This document shows positions 49,182-59,247 of a stretch of 64,000 nucleotides of DNA, piece after piece. Under the pieces are notes generated by a model. The model was not told where the DNA came from. It did no database searches and saw only the letters and a program-made list of their open reading frames with translations. Within the stretch, counting starts at the first letter, position 1, and every line of letters begins with the position of its first letter. Origin of the DNA: Bacteroidales bacterium (GTDB lineage: Bacteria > Bacteroidota > Bacteroidia > Bacteroidales > UBA932); NCBI GenBank assembly GCA_017482565.1, contig JAFUMO010000065.1, positions 1,164-65,163 of the forward strand. The letters run 5' to 3'. Made by a program: the position numbers and the translations under genes.

Positions 49182-50153
49182 TTATTTGTCCATAAAAGGC
49201 TTGTGGCCATAAATCCTTTCATACTCAAGGATTTCATCGGGAAGAAAATTCCTTTTCCACCTCTTGTGGCTCCAAAGCCAGTTCACTTTATTTGCAAAGA
49301 TATCCTTTTGCAAAAAATATGCAAATCTTCTTGTCAGTTCCCCACGAGAAACCCCTTTGGTATTCTCCTCAATGAGGCTGAACCTGATCTCATACCTGCC
49401 ACGTGCAACCCTGTCCAAACCCATATATACCATAGGGATACCCAGACGGGCAGCCACATACTCCGCACCTGCGAGGAACAGCGTAGGCTGGTTGAGAAAA
49501 TCCGCCACTACCCTCTCCTGCTTCGGAGACTGGTCTGCAATGAAAATGTACAGCCCCGTAGCCTTGCGGTCCTGCAGGATATGCCTGAGTATATGCTTTG
49601 ATTCCAGGATGCCCCCCTTATTGCCGCTCTTGCGGAACGCCAGGGTCCTCATCCTCACAAAAACCTCATCAAATGCCTTGCTCTTTGCCCTCTTGTAGCT
49701 GAGGTAAATATTATGCCTTGCAAAGCCTCCGGTAACTTCCGCCCCTTGCGGACCTGTAACTCCGCCAAAGAGCTCCCAGTTGCCCACATGGCCCATCACT
49801 ACAACCACCTTGGGATGCCTTGCACAAAGCTCGTCCATCATGCTCCTGTCCGGCACCGAAACCACCTTGCAGATCTCCTCCTGTGAAGCTGTAATAGCCC
49901 AGATGCTCTCCAGGGCAATATCCATCATATAACGGTAATACTCCTTGCGGAGCCTCTTCAATTCATCCTCCCCCATCTCTGGAAAGCTGCGGGACATGTT
50001 CTCATAAATCACCCTCTTGCGGTACCCCAGCAGCCCCAGACAAAATGCACACACATCCGAAAGAAGGTAAAAGAACCTCCTCGGCAACAGGGAAACCACA
50101 TACAAGCACCCCCACATCATCCAAAACAATAACTTCTGCATTCCTTTTTCCAT
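49182..50153 (-). CDS. lysophospholipid / lipid A (LpxL-HtrB-like) acyltransferase
   Basis: Start chosen at MEKGMQKLLFWMMWG, the ATG at 50153, which is 43 nt downstream of a TAAATTTG motif. The H(x)4(D/E) motif MGHVGNWELFG is present. The longer track ORF would overlap the upstream gene and its terminator. Confidence 0.7.
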   Translation of the reverse strand: MEKGMQKLLFWMMWGCLYVVSLLPRRFFYLLSDVCAFCLGLLGYRKRVIYENMSRSFPEMGEDELKRLRKEYYRYMMDIALESIWAITASQEEICKVVSVPDRSMMDELCARHPKVVVVMGHVGNWELFGGVTGPQGAEVTGGFARHNIYLSYKRAKSKAFDEVFVRMRTLAFRKSGNKGGILESKHILRHILQDRKATGLYIFIADQSPKQERVVADFLNQPTLFLAGAEYVAARLGIPMVYMGLDRVARGRYEIRFSLIEENTKGVSRGELTRRFAYFLQKDIFANKVNWLWSHKRWKRNFLPDEILEYERIYGHKPFMDK

Positions 50154-50195
50154 CCGCCTCCCGACAACATCACATGCTCCGGAAAAGCACAAAAA

Positions 50196-50203
50196 CAAAT
50201 TTA
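50196..50203 (-). promoter_or_regulatory. -7 promoter motif TAAATTTG for the acyltransferase gene
   Basis: Plus strand CAAATTTA is TAnnTTTG on the minus strand. Confidence 0.4.
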
Positions 50204-50256
50204 ACGAAAAATGCCCAAAGAACACAAAAAAGTTTATTGGCAGGATATGACGGCAC

Positions 50257-50286
50257 AAAAAAACCGGCTCCTTGCGGGAACCGGTT
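50257..50286 (-). terminator. rho-independent terminator after the POT transporter gene
   Basis: Minus strand reads AACCGGTTCCCGCAAGGAGCCGGTT followed by TTTTTG (seven T in a row including the last two stem T). Confidence 0.65.
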
Positions 50287-50310
50287 CCGTGTATTGTAAA
50301 GCCGGAGGAA

Positions 50311-51870
50311 TTACGCAGTAACTCTCTCAAGCCATTTTACCATACCAAGCATTACACCCATAGATACAAGACATACTACGAGGAATACTGTCCAGCACTG
50401 CCAGATTGGCCATGCGTTGTACATAAGTGGACCGATCCACAAAAGGAGGTTACCAAGAGCGGTAGCAGTAAGCCACAATCCCTGGCAAAGACCAAGAAGG
50501 TTCTTAGGAGCCACTTTTGAAACGAATGACAAGCCAAGTGGAGAGATGAACAGCTCTGCAACTGTAAGGAAGAAATATACAGCGATAAGTACCCACCAGT
50601 GAGCCTTGTTGGCCATCTGCTCAGCAATTGGAAGTGCCTTGTATGCATCAGCTGAAGGATAACCCTTCATCATTGAGAAGATGGCAAGGAACAGGAATGC
50701 CAAACCTGCAATGAACATACCGATCGCAATCTTACGAGGTGTAGAGATAGCTTTGCCTTTCCTTGCAAGAGCTGCAAAGATAGCCATGATAACCGGAGTA
50801 AGTGTAATTACAAAGAATGGGTTGATCGCCTGCCAGATCTCAGGAGCAACTGCCGATGAATCAACGAAGTCACGTGCAAAGAATGAAAGTGACATACCGT
50901 TCTGGTGGAATGAGAACCAGAAGAAGATTACTATACCGAGCACTGCGAACAATGCATACATCCTCTGTTTGATCTCCTTGGCCATAGCAGCCTTCTCCTC
51001 AGCAGTGTACTCTACGCTCTGTGCTGCAACCTTCTTTGCAGGAGTAGGGAACATCTTCTGTGAGAAGAAGAAGATTACCAATGAAATTACCATTGCTGCA
51101 ACTGAAGCGATGAATGAGTAGTGGATACCCTCATTAAAAATCTGCAGGTAGTTCTGGCAAGCTGCTGCCATGTCTGCAACCTGACCGCCGGCTGCAGCCA
51201 TAAGCTGCTGCAAGTTTGCAAGAGCCTCAGGAGCCATTGCAGCGGCAGAGTTGATATACTCGTGGCAGAGTGCAGGGAGCTGTGCGTTATACTCCATACC
51301 GTTGGTACCCAACCACCACTGACGCAGAACCGGTGCCACGAAAGGAGCGATAAGGCCACCTACGTTGATGAATACATAGAAAATCTGAAAACCGGCATCA
51401 CGTTTGTCCTTTGCCTCTTTGAGAGCCTCAGGACCTTTCTTTGCAGCCTCAGCCTCAAAATCATCATACATCTGGCCTACAATAGCCTGGAGGTTACCCT
51501 TGAACAGACCGTTACCGAAAGCGATAAGGAACAATGCTGCACAGGTAAGTGAAAGCAGCCATGTAGTATTTCCTGCTGTTGCAAGGATAGGAATGGAAAG
51601 GATAATGTATCCTGTTGCCATAATTACAAGACCTGTCTTGATAGTACCCTTGTAATTCTGGGTACGGTCAGCAATAAGACCGCCAACGAGTGCAAGAATA
51701 TAGATACCTGCATAGAAGCATGAGTAGATTGTACCGCTCACACCCTCGCTCAAACCGAATTTAGAACATAGGAAAAGTACAAGTACCGCATTCATGATGT
51801 AGTATCCGAAACGCTCTCCCATGTTGCTTAGAGCTGCTGCTAGCAACCCTTTAGGATGTCCTTTAAACAT
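50311..51870 (-). CDS. proton-dependent oligopeptide transporter (POT/PTR2 family, MFS)
   Basis: 519-aa ORF. MFKGHPKGLLAAALSNMGERFGYYIMNAVLVLFL and GGLIADR motifs are present, with 12 or more TM helices. Confidence 0.88.
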   Translation of the reverse strand: MFKGHPKGLLAAALSNMGERFGYYIMNAVLVLFLCSKFGLSEGVSGTIYSCFYAGIYILALVGGLIADRTQNYKGTIKTGLVIMATGYIILSIPILATAGNTTWLLSLTCAALFLIAFGNGLFKGNLQAIVGQMYDDFEAEAAKKGPEALKEAKDKRDAGFQIFYVFINVGGLIAPFVAPVLRQWWLGTNGMEYNAQLPALCHEYINSAAAMAPEALANLQQLMAAAGGQVADMAAACQNYLQIFNEGIHYSFIASVAAMVISLVIFFFSQKMFPTPAKKVAAQSVEYTAEEKAAMAKEIKQRMYALFAVLGIVIFFWFSFHQNGMSLSFFARDFVDSSAVAPEIWQAINPFFVITLTPVIMAIFAALARKGKAISTPRKIAIGMFIAGLAFLFLAIFSMMKGYPSADAYKALPIAEQMANKAHWWVLIAVYFFLTVAELFISPLGLSFVSKVAPKNLLGLCQGLWLTATALGNLLLWIGPLMYNAWPIWQCWTVFLVVCLVSMGVMLGMVKWLERVTA

Positions 51871-51983
51871 AAGTTACAGTTTTAAGATTATTAATGATTT
51901 CTGGTTATATTTATTCCAAATTTCTGAACATATTTGGCAAAGATATAAATAATTGCCGTTTTTTAAACTATTTTTGCGGCATT

Positions 51984-53120
51984 ATGGATAAAGTTGCAGT
52001 TGTAATCCTCAATTGGAACGGCAGGAAGTTCCTACGCAAGTATCTCCCTGCACTTGTTGCCAACACACCATGTACAATGGCAGGGGGCAATGTGTCCATA
52101 ATTGTTGCCGACAACGGCTCAACAGACGGTTCCATGGGATTTTTGGAAAAGGAATACCCGCAGATAAGGAGGATTCCACTTGAGAGGAACTACGGCTTCA
52201 CCGGAGGATACAACCGTGCCATGGCACAGGTTGAGGCGGAATATTTCATACTCCTGAATTCAGACATTCTGGTTCCCCGCAATTGGCTGGAACCACTCGT
52301 TTCATTCATGGACACTCACCCTCAGGCAGGAATCTGCCAGCCGAAGATGCTCTCTGAGGGGAAGCATCAGGAGCTGTGTATGGAAGCAACAGGGGAAAAG
52401 GACCTTACAGGAGGATTTGTTCCTCAGAGGGGTAAAGAGGGGGAATTGTCGGGAGGAAAACATGAGACCTTTGAATATGCAGGGGCATGCGGGGGATACA
52501 TGGATGTGCTGGGTTTCCCATTCTGCAGGGGAAGGGTGCTTTCCAGTGTGGAGGAAGACAACGGCCAGTATGATGATGCTGCACGGGTGTTCTGGGCATC
52601 CGGGGCCTGCATGGTTGTACGGAGCTGTGTATGGAGGGAGCTGGGAGGGCTGGATGAGGCTTTCTTTGCCCACATGGAGGAGATAGATTTCTGTTGGAGG
52701 GCCCAGTTGGCAGGGTATCAGGTATGGGCCGTACCGCAGAGCCATGTGTTCCATGTAGGGGGAGGCACGTTGCCAAACAATTCTCCGCGCAAGCTCTTCT
52801 TCAATTACCGCAACAACCTCCTTATGCTCTACAAGAACCTCCCTGTTGGTGAAGGCTGGGAGGCATTCGGATTCAGGAACGGCAACAGGAGCCTGTACAT
52901 CTTCTTGAGGATGTGCGTGGACTGGCTCACCGCAATTATATATCTGCTCCAGCTGAAATGGAGCTTCTTCACTTCTGTATTCAAGGCCCACAGGGATTTC
53001 TTCCGCATGAAAAGGAATGCGGCAATTACCCTGCCGGATAACCGCCGCAATCTCCCTTATGGAATCTGGCCCAAGAGCATGCTTGTGAGCAGGCTTCTGG
53101 GAAGACCCGTAAGGTTCTGA
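51984..53120 (+). CDS. glycosyltransferase family 2 protein
   Basis: Start chosen at MDKVAVVILNWNGRKFL. VADNGSTDGS, LERNYGFTGGYN, LLNSD, and the FFAHMEEIDFCWR motif are present. Confidence 0.8.
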   Translation: MDKVAVVILNWNGRKFLRKYLPALVANTPCTMAGGNVSIIVADNGSTDGSMGFLEKEYPQIRRIPLERNYGFTGGYNRAMAQVEAEYFILLNSDILVPRNWLEPLVSFMDTHPQAGICQPKMLSEGKHQELCMEATGEKDLTGGFVPQRGKEGELSGGKHETFEYAGACGGYMDVLGFPFCRGRVLSSVEEDNGQYDDAARVFWASGACMVVRSCVWRELGGLDEAFFAHMEEIDFCWRAQLAGYQVWAVPQSHVFHVGGGTLPNNSPRKLFFNYRNNLLMLYKNLPVGEGWEAFGFRNGNRSLYIFLRMCVDWLTAIIYLLQLKWSFFTSVFKAHRDFFRMKRNAAITLPDNRRNLPYGIWPKSMLVSRLLGRPVRF

Positions 53121-53128
53121 ATAACCTT

Positions 53129-53422
53129 TTATATAGTTGAATCCACCACCCAGCTGAAGGCCCTCATACCCATCAGCGGATTGTTCTTGTCCAGTACACT
53201 CAGTCTCTTCATAAAGTCCTCTGCCACCTTGTCCTCTACAACTGAAATCATTGCAGAGTTAAGTGTTGGCCAGGCGTGGTCTCCAAGATGAGGCTCACCA
53301 CCGCGCGAGCCCCTTCCTGAAACCTCTTCCCAGTTTGTGAAACCCTTTACACCTGCCTTGAGCATGATATCCAGAATCTCATCCTTGAATGCCTGGTTAT
53401 ATGATACAAATACTGCTTTCAT
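53129..53422 (-). CDS. small P-II-like protein associated with RND transporter operons (PG0541-like)
   Basis: 97-aa ORF starting 24 nt downstream of the RND permease stop. MKAVFVSYNQAFKDEILDIM...GFTNWEEVSGRGSRGGEPHLGDHAWPTLNSAMISVVED has a ferredoxin-like/P-II-like pattern. The family name is from memory. Confidence 0.5.
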   Translation of the reverse strand: MKAVFVSYNQAFKDEILDIMLKAGVKGFTNWEEVSGRGSRGGEPHLGDHAWPTLNSAMISVVEDKVAEDFMKRLSVLDKNNPLMGMRAFSWVVDSTI

Positions 53423-53446
53423 ATTCTTCCGTTTTTCACATTAACA

Positions 53447-56400
53447 TTATTTTGCAAGCCTCAACGCCTTGAGTGAGGACTTCCTCCTCCTCTTCAGGCC
53501 ATTACCTGCAAATACACAATACATTACAGGTACAATCACCAGGGTAATGAGTGTTGAAACAGAAAGACCCCATGCAACACATATACCCAAACCGTTCCAC
53601 ATCTCAGCACCCTCACCTGAACCAATGGCCATAGGAATCATACCCAACACTGTTGTAAGGGTTGTCATGAGTACAGGACGGAGACGGGATCTTCCCGACG
53701 TTACAATCGCGTAGGCTATGCCCATTCCTCTCTCACGGCAGAGGAGGATGTAGTCGATAAGCATGATACCGTTCTTAACCACAATACTCATCAGCATGAT
53801 CACACCAATCATTGACATCACGTTCAAAGGCTGGCCGGTTACAAGGAATCCGAGAATCACACCCACAAACGCAAACGGAATTGAGAACATGATTACAAAC
53901 GGATATGTAAGTGACTCAAACTGTGCCGCCATTACAATGAACACAAGGATAATGATGAGTACCATGAGTATTGTAAGGTCTGTAAAGGTCTCAATCTGAT
54001 CCTCGTATGTACCTCCAAGCTGCCAATCAACACCCATAGGGAGCGTCTCCTCAGACATAAACTTGTTCGTAGCCGCCACCAGGTCTGACATTGCCATGCC
54101 CTGAGGCACAACTGCTGATACGGTTACAAGACGCTCACGGTCCTTACGCTCAATTGCCGGAGGGGTAAGTATCTCCTTAACCTCACCGAGGTCCCTGATT
54201 CTAACGCCCTGGCCCATAGAGTTGTAGATAAGAATATTCTCAATATCCTCTACAGTTGTACGGAACTCAGGTGCATATCTGATGAGGATATCATACTCCT
54301 CACCGTCCTCACGGAAATACGAAGCTGTAACACCATTGATACGGTTCCTCAAATATGTTGAAACGGTGCTTGTGTTCAAGCCGTTGAGGGCAATCTTCTC
54401 ACGATCGAAATCTACCTGGAACTCAGGGGTATACTCATCACGGCTAACCTGAACCTGTTTTACTCCCGGGATATTGTAGAATCCGCGCTCAACCATTGCG
54501 GCCGCCTTGTCTGTATCCTCAAAGTCATAGCCGTAAAGTTCAACATCAACTGTAGCCTCACCACCCATTCCACCTTGCTGACCTCCGGCCACTACCTGGA
54601 ATGTACGGATCTGAGGATACTCTGCCAAGTCATTTCGCATCATGTTACAGATTTCAATCAAGCCCCTCTCACGGTCCTCAACACTACCAATGTTTATGTT
54701 AAAGCTCATATAGTGGGTACCTGAAGTCTGCATCATCTCAAATGTACTGCTGTTTGAGTTTGAAGCACCCTCACTCACGTTACAGGTTACAATCTCAGGA
54801 TATTTCTTCATGAACTTGTCTACAAGCTCAAGTGCAAGGTCTCTGGTAATCTCCTGCCTTGTACCCATAGGGAGCTCAACAGTAACTGAAATACGTCCGT
54901 TATCTGAAGCAGGGAAATACTCACTCTTCACCAATGAGCTTCCTCCTACCACTACAATCACGAACAATGCAAACGCCATGAAGATGGTTTTCCTCCTGTT
55001 CTTCACACACCATGAAAGGAGCTTTCCATAAGCACCGTCCAACCAGTCCAGGAACTTGTGGAAAGGCCCCAGGATAAGCTGCTGGAACTTGCCCTTGTGA
55101 GGGTTAAGCCTCAACATCAGAGAACACATCATCGGGATAAGTGTAAGTGCTGCAACAGTTGAAACTATCATGATGATACTAACAATCCAACCCAACTGGC
55201 GGAACAATACACCTGCCATACCACTGATCATTGTAAGCGGAAGGAATACAGCCAACATTGTAAGGGTAGATGCAATAACAGAGATTGCCACCTCATTGGT
55301 TGCATAAACCGCAGCACTCTTTGGACGGCTTCCCCTCTCAATATGGGTTGTTACGTTCTCCAATACCACAATTGCATCATCCACTACCATACCAATTGCA
55401 ATTGACAATGAACTCAACGAAATGATGTTCAATGAGTTTCCTGTTGCAAAGAGGTATATCAACGATGCCAGCAATGAAATAGGGATTGTAAGCATGATGA
55501 TGAATGTGGCCCTCCATCTTCCAAGGAAGAGATATACAACAATCATAACCAGGATGAAGGTTATCATGATTGTCTCAACCAAAGAGTTGATGGTGCTGAT
55601 GATGTTGTCTGATGTATCCACAATCACACCTATCTCCACATCTGAAGGAAGCTTTGCCTGAAGGCTTGGGAGCATCTCCTTAACCTTGCTTGAAATGCTC
55701 ACGGAGTTTGCTCCTGACTGCTTCTGCACGATGATCATACCACCCTTCTTGCCATTGTTGAAGGTCTCTTTAGAGCGCTCCTCAAGGCCATCCTGGATAG
55801 TTGCCACATCCTTCAGATATACGGGCTTGCCGTTCCTCACACCAATCACAAGGTTCTGCATCTCATCCGCACTTGTGAACTCCTTCTGTACACGCAATGC
55901 GTATGTATTTGAACCTACGTCAATCTGGCCCGCAGGAGTATTCCTGTTCTCCGCAGCAATGATACCGGAAATTGTCTCAATAGGAATATTATAAGCCTCC
56001 AGCTTGTGGGGATCACAATAGATGGTAAGCTCACGCTGTGGGGCACCTGAAATTGATACGGTACCTACACCGCTGATACGTGCCAGCGGGTTTGCCACAA
56101 CATCATCCAGAATTTTGTACAAACCTGGAGTACTCTCCTCTGCTGTTACAGAGAGGAGGAGAATTGGAATGTCATCCGCGCCGAACTTGAAGATGATAGG
56201 GGTATCAACGTTATCAGGAAGGGCCGACGTTACCATATCCAGCTTGTCCCTGACATCATTGGTTGCCACATCAATATCTGTACCATACTCAAACTCCAAC
56301 ACTACTACTGAAACATTCTCCTTTGATGTAGAAGTGATATGCTTGAGGTCACTCACACTATTGAGGACGTTCTCCAAAGGCTTGGTAACGTTATTCTCAA

Positions 56401-56575
56401 TATCGGAAGCATTCGCACCCTGGTAAGTTGTCATTACCATGATAGTATTGGTCTCAATCTCCGGGATAAGGTCAATAGGGATGTTTATCAGGGAGAAGAT
56501 ACCGAATATTGATACTGCCACAAAGATAAGGGCAGTAGTTATGGGTTTCTTTACCGCACTTTGATATAAACTCAT
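53447..56575 (-). CDS. efflux RND transporter permease (AcrB/HAE1-like)
   Basis: 1042-aa ORF with 12-TM architecture and two large periplasmic loops. The sequence is AcrB-like throughout. Confidence 0.92.
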   Translation of the reverse strand: MSLYQSAVKKPITTALIFVAVSIFGIFSLINIPIDLIPEIETNTIMVMTTYQGANASDIENNVTKPLENVLNSVSDLKHITSTSKENVSVVVLEFEYGTDIDVATNDVRDKLDMVTSALPDNVDTPIIFKFGADDIPILLLSVTAEESTPGLYKILDDVVANPLARISGVGTVSISGAPQRELTIYCDPHKLEAYNIPIETISGIIAAENRNTPAGQIDVGSNTYALRVQKEFTSADEMQNLVIGVRNGKPVYLKDVATIQDGLEERSKETFNNGKKGGMIIVQKQSGANSVSISSKVKEMLPSLQAKLPSDVEIGVIVDTSDNIISTINSLVETIMITFILVMIVVYLFLGRWRATFIIMLTIPISLLASLIYLFATGNSLNIISLSSLSIAIGMVVDDAIVVLENVTTHIERGSRPKSAAVYATNEVAISVIASTLTMLAVFLPLTMISGMAGVLFRQLGWIVSIIMIVSTVAALTLIPMMCSLMLRLNPHKGKFQQLILGPFHKFLDWLDGAYGKLLSWCVKNRRKTIFMAFALFVIVVVGGSSLVKSEYFPASDNGRISVTVELPMGTRQEITRDLALELVDKFMKKYPEIVTCNVSEGASNSNSSTFEMMQTSGTHYMSFNINIGSVEDRERGLIEICNMMRNDLAEYPQIRTFQVVAGGQQGGMGGEATVDVELYGYDFEDTDKAAAMVERGFYNIPGVKQVQVSRDEYTPEFQVDFDREKIALNGLNTSTVSTYLRNRINGVTASYFREDGEEYDILIRYAPEFRTTVEDIENILIYNSMGQGVRIRDLGEVKEILTPPAIERKDRERLVTVSAVVPQGMAMSDLVAATNKFMSEETLPMGVDWQLGGTYEDQIETFTDLTILMVLIIILVFIVMAAQFESLTYPFVIMFSIPFAFVGVILGFLVTGQPLNVMSMIGVIMLMSIVVKNGIMLIDYILLCRERGMGIAYAIVTSGRSRLRPVLMTTLTTVLGMIPMAIGSGEGAEMWNGLGICVAWGLSVSTLITLVIVPVMYCVFAGNGLKRRRKSSLKALRLAK

Positions 56576-56610
56576 TTTCTGTACTTTCTAAATTTTTATC
56601 TGACTACAGC

Positions 56611-57627
56611 TTATTTCACCACCTCAGCCTTGCCGCCGTTCACAACTCTTGAGTGTCCCTCTGTAACTACCTGGTCACCTGAAGCAACACCGCTGATAAG
56701 CTCGTACTCTGTACCAAACCTTCTGCCAAGTTCAATCTTCTTGAACTCAATCTTACCATTGTCATATACGTACACGTATCTGTCACCGGAACCGGTCTGT
56801 TTTACAACCGCCTGGTCTGGAACCACAACATGTTTTGCTGTACCATAAGAGAAGGTAACCCTTGCAAACATTCCGGGACGAACCCTCTGGTTCGCATTTG
56901 CAATGGTAATCTCTACAGGGAATGTCCTTGTTGCAGGATCAATTGTAGGATATACAAGTGAAACCTTTCCCTTGAACACCTCATCGCCGTAAACATCAAG
57001 CCTTACGTCAACCTCCATACCTTTCTTTATCTGGGTAAAAAGAGCCTCTGATACATTAACCTTAAGCTTTACAGGGGTAATCTGCTCAACCACATAAACC
57101 GGAGAACCGCCGTACATGTCACCTGCATCATAGTTCCTTGCTGTAACAATGCCGCTCACTGGGGTTCTGAGAACTGTATTCTCAAGCAGGTTGTTATAGT
57201 TGCTCCTTGATACGCTTGAAGCCAGCTTCATTGCATCCCAATTGCTCTTTGAAATGCCGCCAACCTGGTAGAGCTGGTCAATTCTGGCAAACTCAATTGA
57301 ATCATTCACCATTTTAAGCCTTGCCTGCTCAAGGTTTGTTGCATCCAAAGTTGCAAGGATCTGGCCCTTCTTCACATGGTCACCTACCTCTACGAGAATC
57401 CGCTTGATCCTCAATGGCATCTGAGGGGCAATCTTATTTACCACCTCAGCCTCAACTGTTGCTGTGAATGTCTCAATCTGCTCAACCTCCCTCTCAAAAA
57501 CCTGCTGTACCCTTACCTGTGGGATAACCTCAGCCTCAACTGAAGCTGTATTCTCCTCACCTGATTTGCAGGAGAAAACAACTCCCGCCAACATTAGCAC
57601 CGATAGTGTCCTAAACAATCTTTTCAT
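56611..57627 (-). CDS. efflux RND transporter periplasmic adaptor (MFP) lipoprotein
   Basis: 338-aa ORF with lipobox VVFSC and a biotinyl-lipoyl-like hairpin (VGDHVKKGQILATLD...). It sits between TolC and RND genes. Confidence 0.88.
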   Translation of the reverse strand: MKRLFRTLSVLMLAGVVFSCKSGEENTASVEAEVIPQVRVQQVFEREVEQIETFTATVEAEVVNKIAPQMPLRIKRILVEVGDHVKKGQILATLDATNLEQARLKMVNDSIEFARIDQLYQVGGISKSNWDAMKLASSVSRSNYNNLLENTVLRTPVSGIVTARNYDAGDMYGGSPVYVVEQITPVKLKVNVSEALFTQIKKGMEVDVRLDVYGDEVFKGKVSLVYPTIDPATRTFPVEITIANANQRVRPGMFARVTFSYGTAKHVVVPDQAVVKQTGSGDRYVYVYDNGKIEFKKIELGRRFGTEYELISGVASGDQVVTEGHSRVVNGGKAEVVK

Positions 57628-57652
57628 ATTCTATCTATATCTTATTATTTTC

Positions 57653-58984
57653 TTATTCGTTCCCGTTAAACTGGTTTACTCCCAAAATCTTGTCCAATGA
57701 AGACTTGAGTGTCATGTATGTATATACAGACTGGTTGAGGTTGAGCCTTGCCTGGAGAAGGCCAAGCTGCGCATCCTGAAGCTCAAGCAAGGTACCGCTT
57801 CCCACATCATACCTCTTCTTTGCTATATCATAGCCTGCCTCTGCCCCCTCAATGGTCTTCTTTGCAGCCTCATACTGCTTGAGGCTTGTCTCAAGGGAGT
57901 TGAGCACCTGCATTACGCTTATCTCAAGGTTCCTTATTGCATCCTCCTTCTGAAGGGCAAGCTGCTCCTGCTGCACTTTTGTCTGGCGCAGGTCATTGTA
58001 GCGCTGTCCGCCTGAGAAGATAGGAATGGTAAGGGCAAGTGTACCTGTTGAATAAGGGTTCCACTTATAGTCCTTGAACTTGTAGTTTTCAGCCATTGCA
58101 ATCCAGCTGTAGCCAATCTGGGCCGCAAGCGTAGGATAATACTTGGCCAGCTTCATCTCGTATGTCTTGTCAAGCATCCTCTCCTGAATCTCAATCTGCT
58201 TGATTGCAGAGTTGTTCTCCACAGACTTGTTCTCATATGCAGCAACATCACCTACAGTCTTCTCATAATCCTCCAATGAACCCATGCAGGCAATGTTTTG
58301 GTCCAAATCTATACCTATAACAGCCTTAAGCCTCCAGTTGCCCAACACAATGTTGTTCTGTGCATCATACATGTTCGGCTCAGCATTCTGCATTGCCACC
58401 TCCGCGCTTATGAGCTCGAATTTTGAAGCAAGGCCGGTATCATACTTGCCTTTCACATCATTGTAGTTGTCAACTGCATTGCTGTAGTTCTCCTTATATA
58501 CATCATAGAGTTCCTGCGCCAGCAGCACACCGTAGAAGGCCTGCTGCACCTGGTCTATCAGGTCCTGCCTTGAACCCTGAGCCTTCTCCACTGCCAGCTC
58601 CACATCCATGCCGGTTATCTGTATTGCCTTCCATAACTCCACATTCACAAGTGGCAGAGCCGCATTGAATCCGGCCGACCAAGTGTTATTTACACCAATT
58701 GTTATCTCCTGTTCCATCATGAAGAGCTTCTGCTTCTTGATGGCACGCTGATAACTGCCTGTGAAATCAATCTTTGGGAACAGGGAGGCGTATGTACCTT
58801 TCTTTGCGTACTCTGTCCTCTTGATCTCCTTATCTGCAACCTTCACGGTGATGTTCTCGCTCAAGGCAACCTTGAGGGCATCATCCAAGGTGAGGTGCAA
58901 TGTATCCTGCGCCTGAACAGCTGAGGACACAAACAGGGTTGCAACCGCTGCAACCAGGAACTTTACAAAATCAGTTCTTCTCAT
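57653..58984 (-). CDS. TolC family outer membrane efflux protein
   Basis: 443-aa ORF with a signal peptide and two repeated OEP halves (LTLDDALKVALSEN...). First gene of the efflux operon. Confidence 0.88.
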   Translation of the reverse strand: MRRTDFVKFLVAAVATLFVSSAVQAQDTLHLTLDDALKVALSENITVKVADKEIKRTEYAKKGTYASLFPKIDFTGSYQRAIKKQKLFMMEQEITIGVNNTWSAGFNAALPLVNVELWKAIQITGMDVELAVEKAQGSRQDLIDQVQQAFYGVLLAQELYDVYKENYSNAVDNYNDVKGKYDTGLASKFELISAEVAMQNAEPNMYDAQNNIVLGNWRLKAVIGIDLDQNIACMGSLEDYEKTVGDVAAYENKSVENNSAIKQIEIQERMLDKTYEMKLAKYYPTLAAQIGYSWIAMAENYKFKDYKWNPYSTGTLALTIPIFSGGQRYNDLRQTKVQQEQLALQKEDAIRNLEISVMQVLNSLETSLKQYEAAKKTIEGAEAGYDIAKKRYDVGSGTLLELQDAQLGLLQARLNLNQSVYTYMTLKSSLDKILGVNQFNGNE

Positions 58985-59161
58985 CTTTTTTACCTATAAT
59001 TAATATCTGTTTTTCCGAGAGTGAATCAGGCTGCAAATATCTTGCAATAAACACAAACAAATTCGCCACAAATTACACTATTTTGGTCTTAAACAGAACA
59101 ACATTTACAGTAACAATGTCAAAAAAAAGGACCAAGAGTACATTTTAGCTTCAAAAAATCC

Positions 59162-59169
59162 TATATTTG
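59162..59169 (+). promoter_or_regulatory. -7 promoter motif TATATTTG upstream of the divergent AraC gene
   Basis: TAnnTTTG match about 79 nt upstream of the ATG at 59248. Confidence 0.35.
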
Positions 59170-59247
59170 TCCAAATCTATACTGCAAAAATTCCTTGCAT
59201 AGATTTTGTAACCATATTCCCGACAATTTTTAAACATAAAATAAAAG

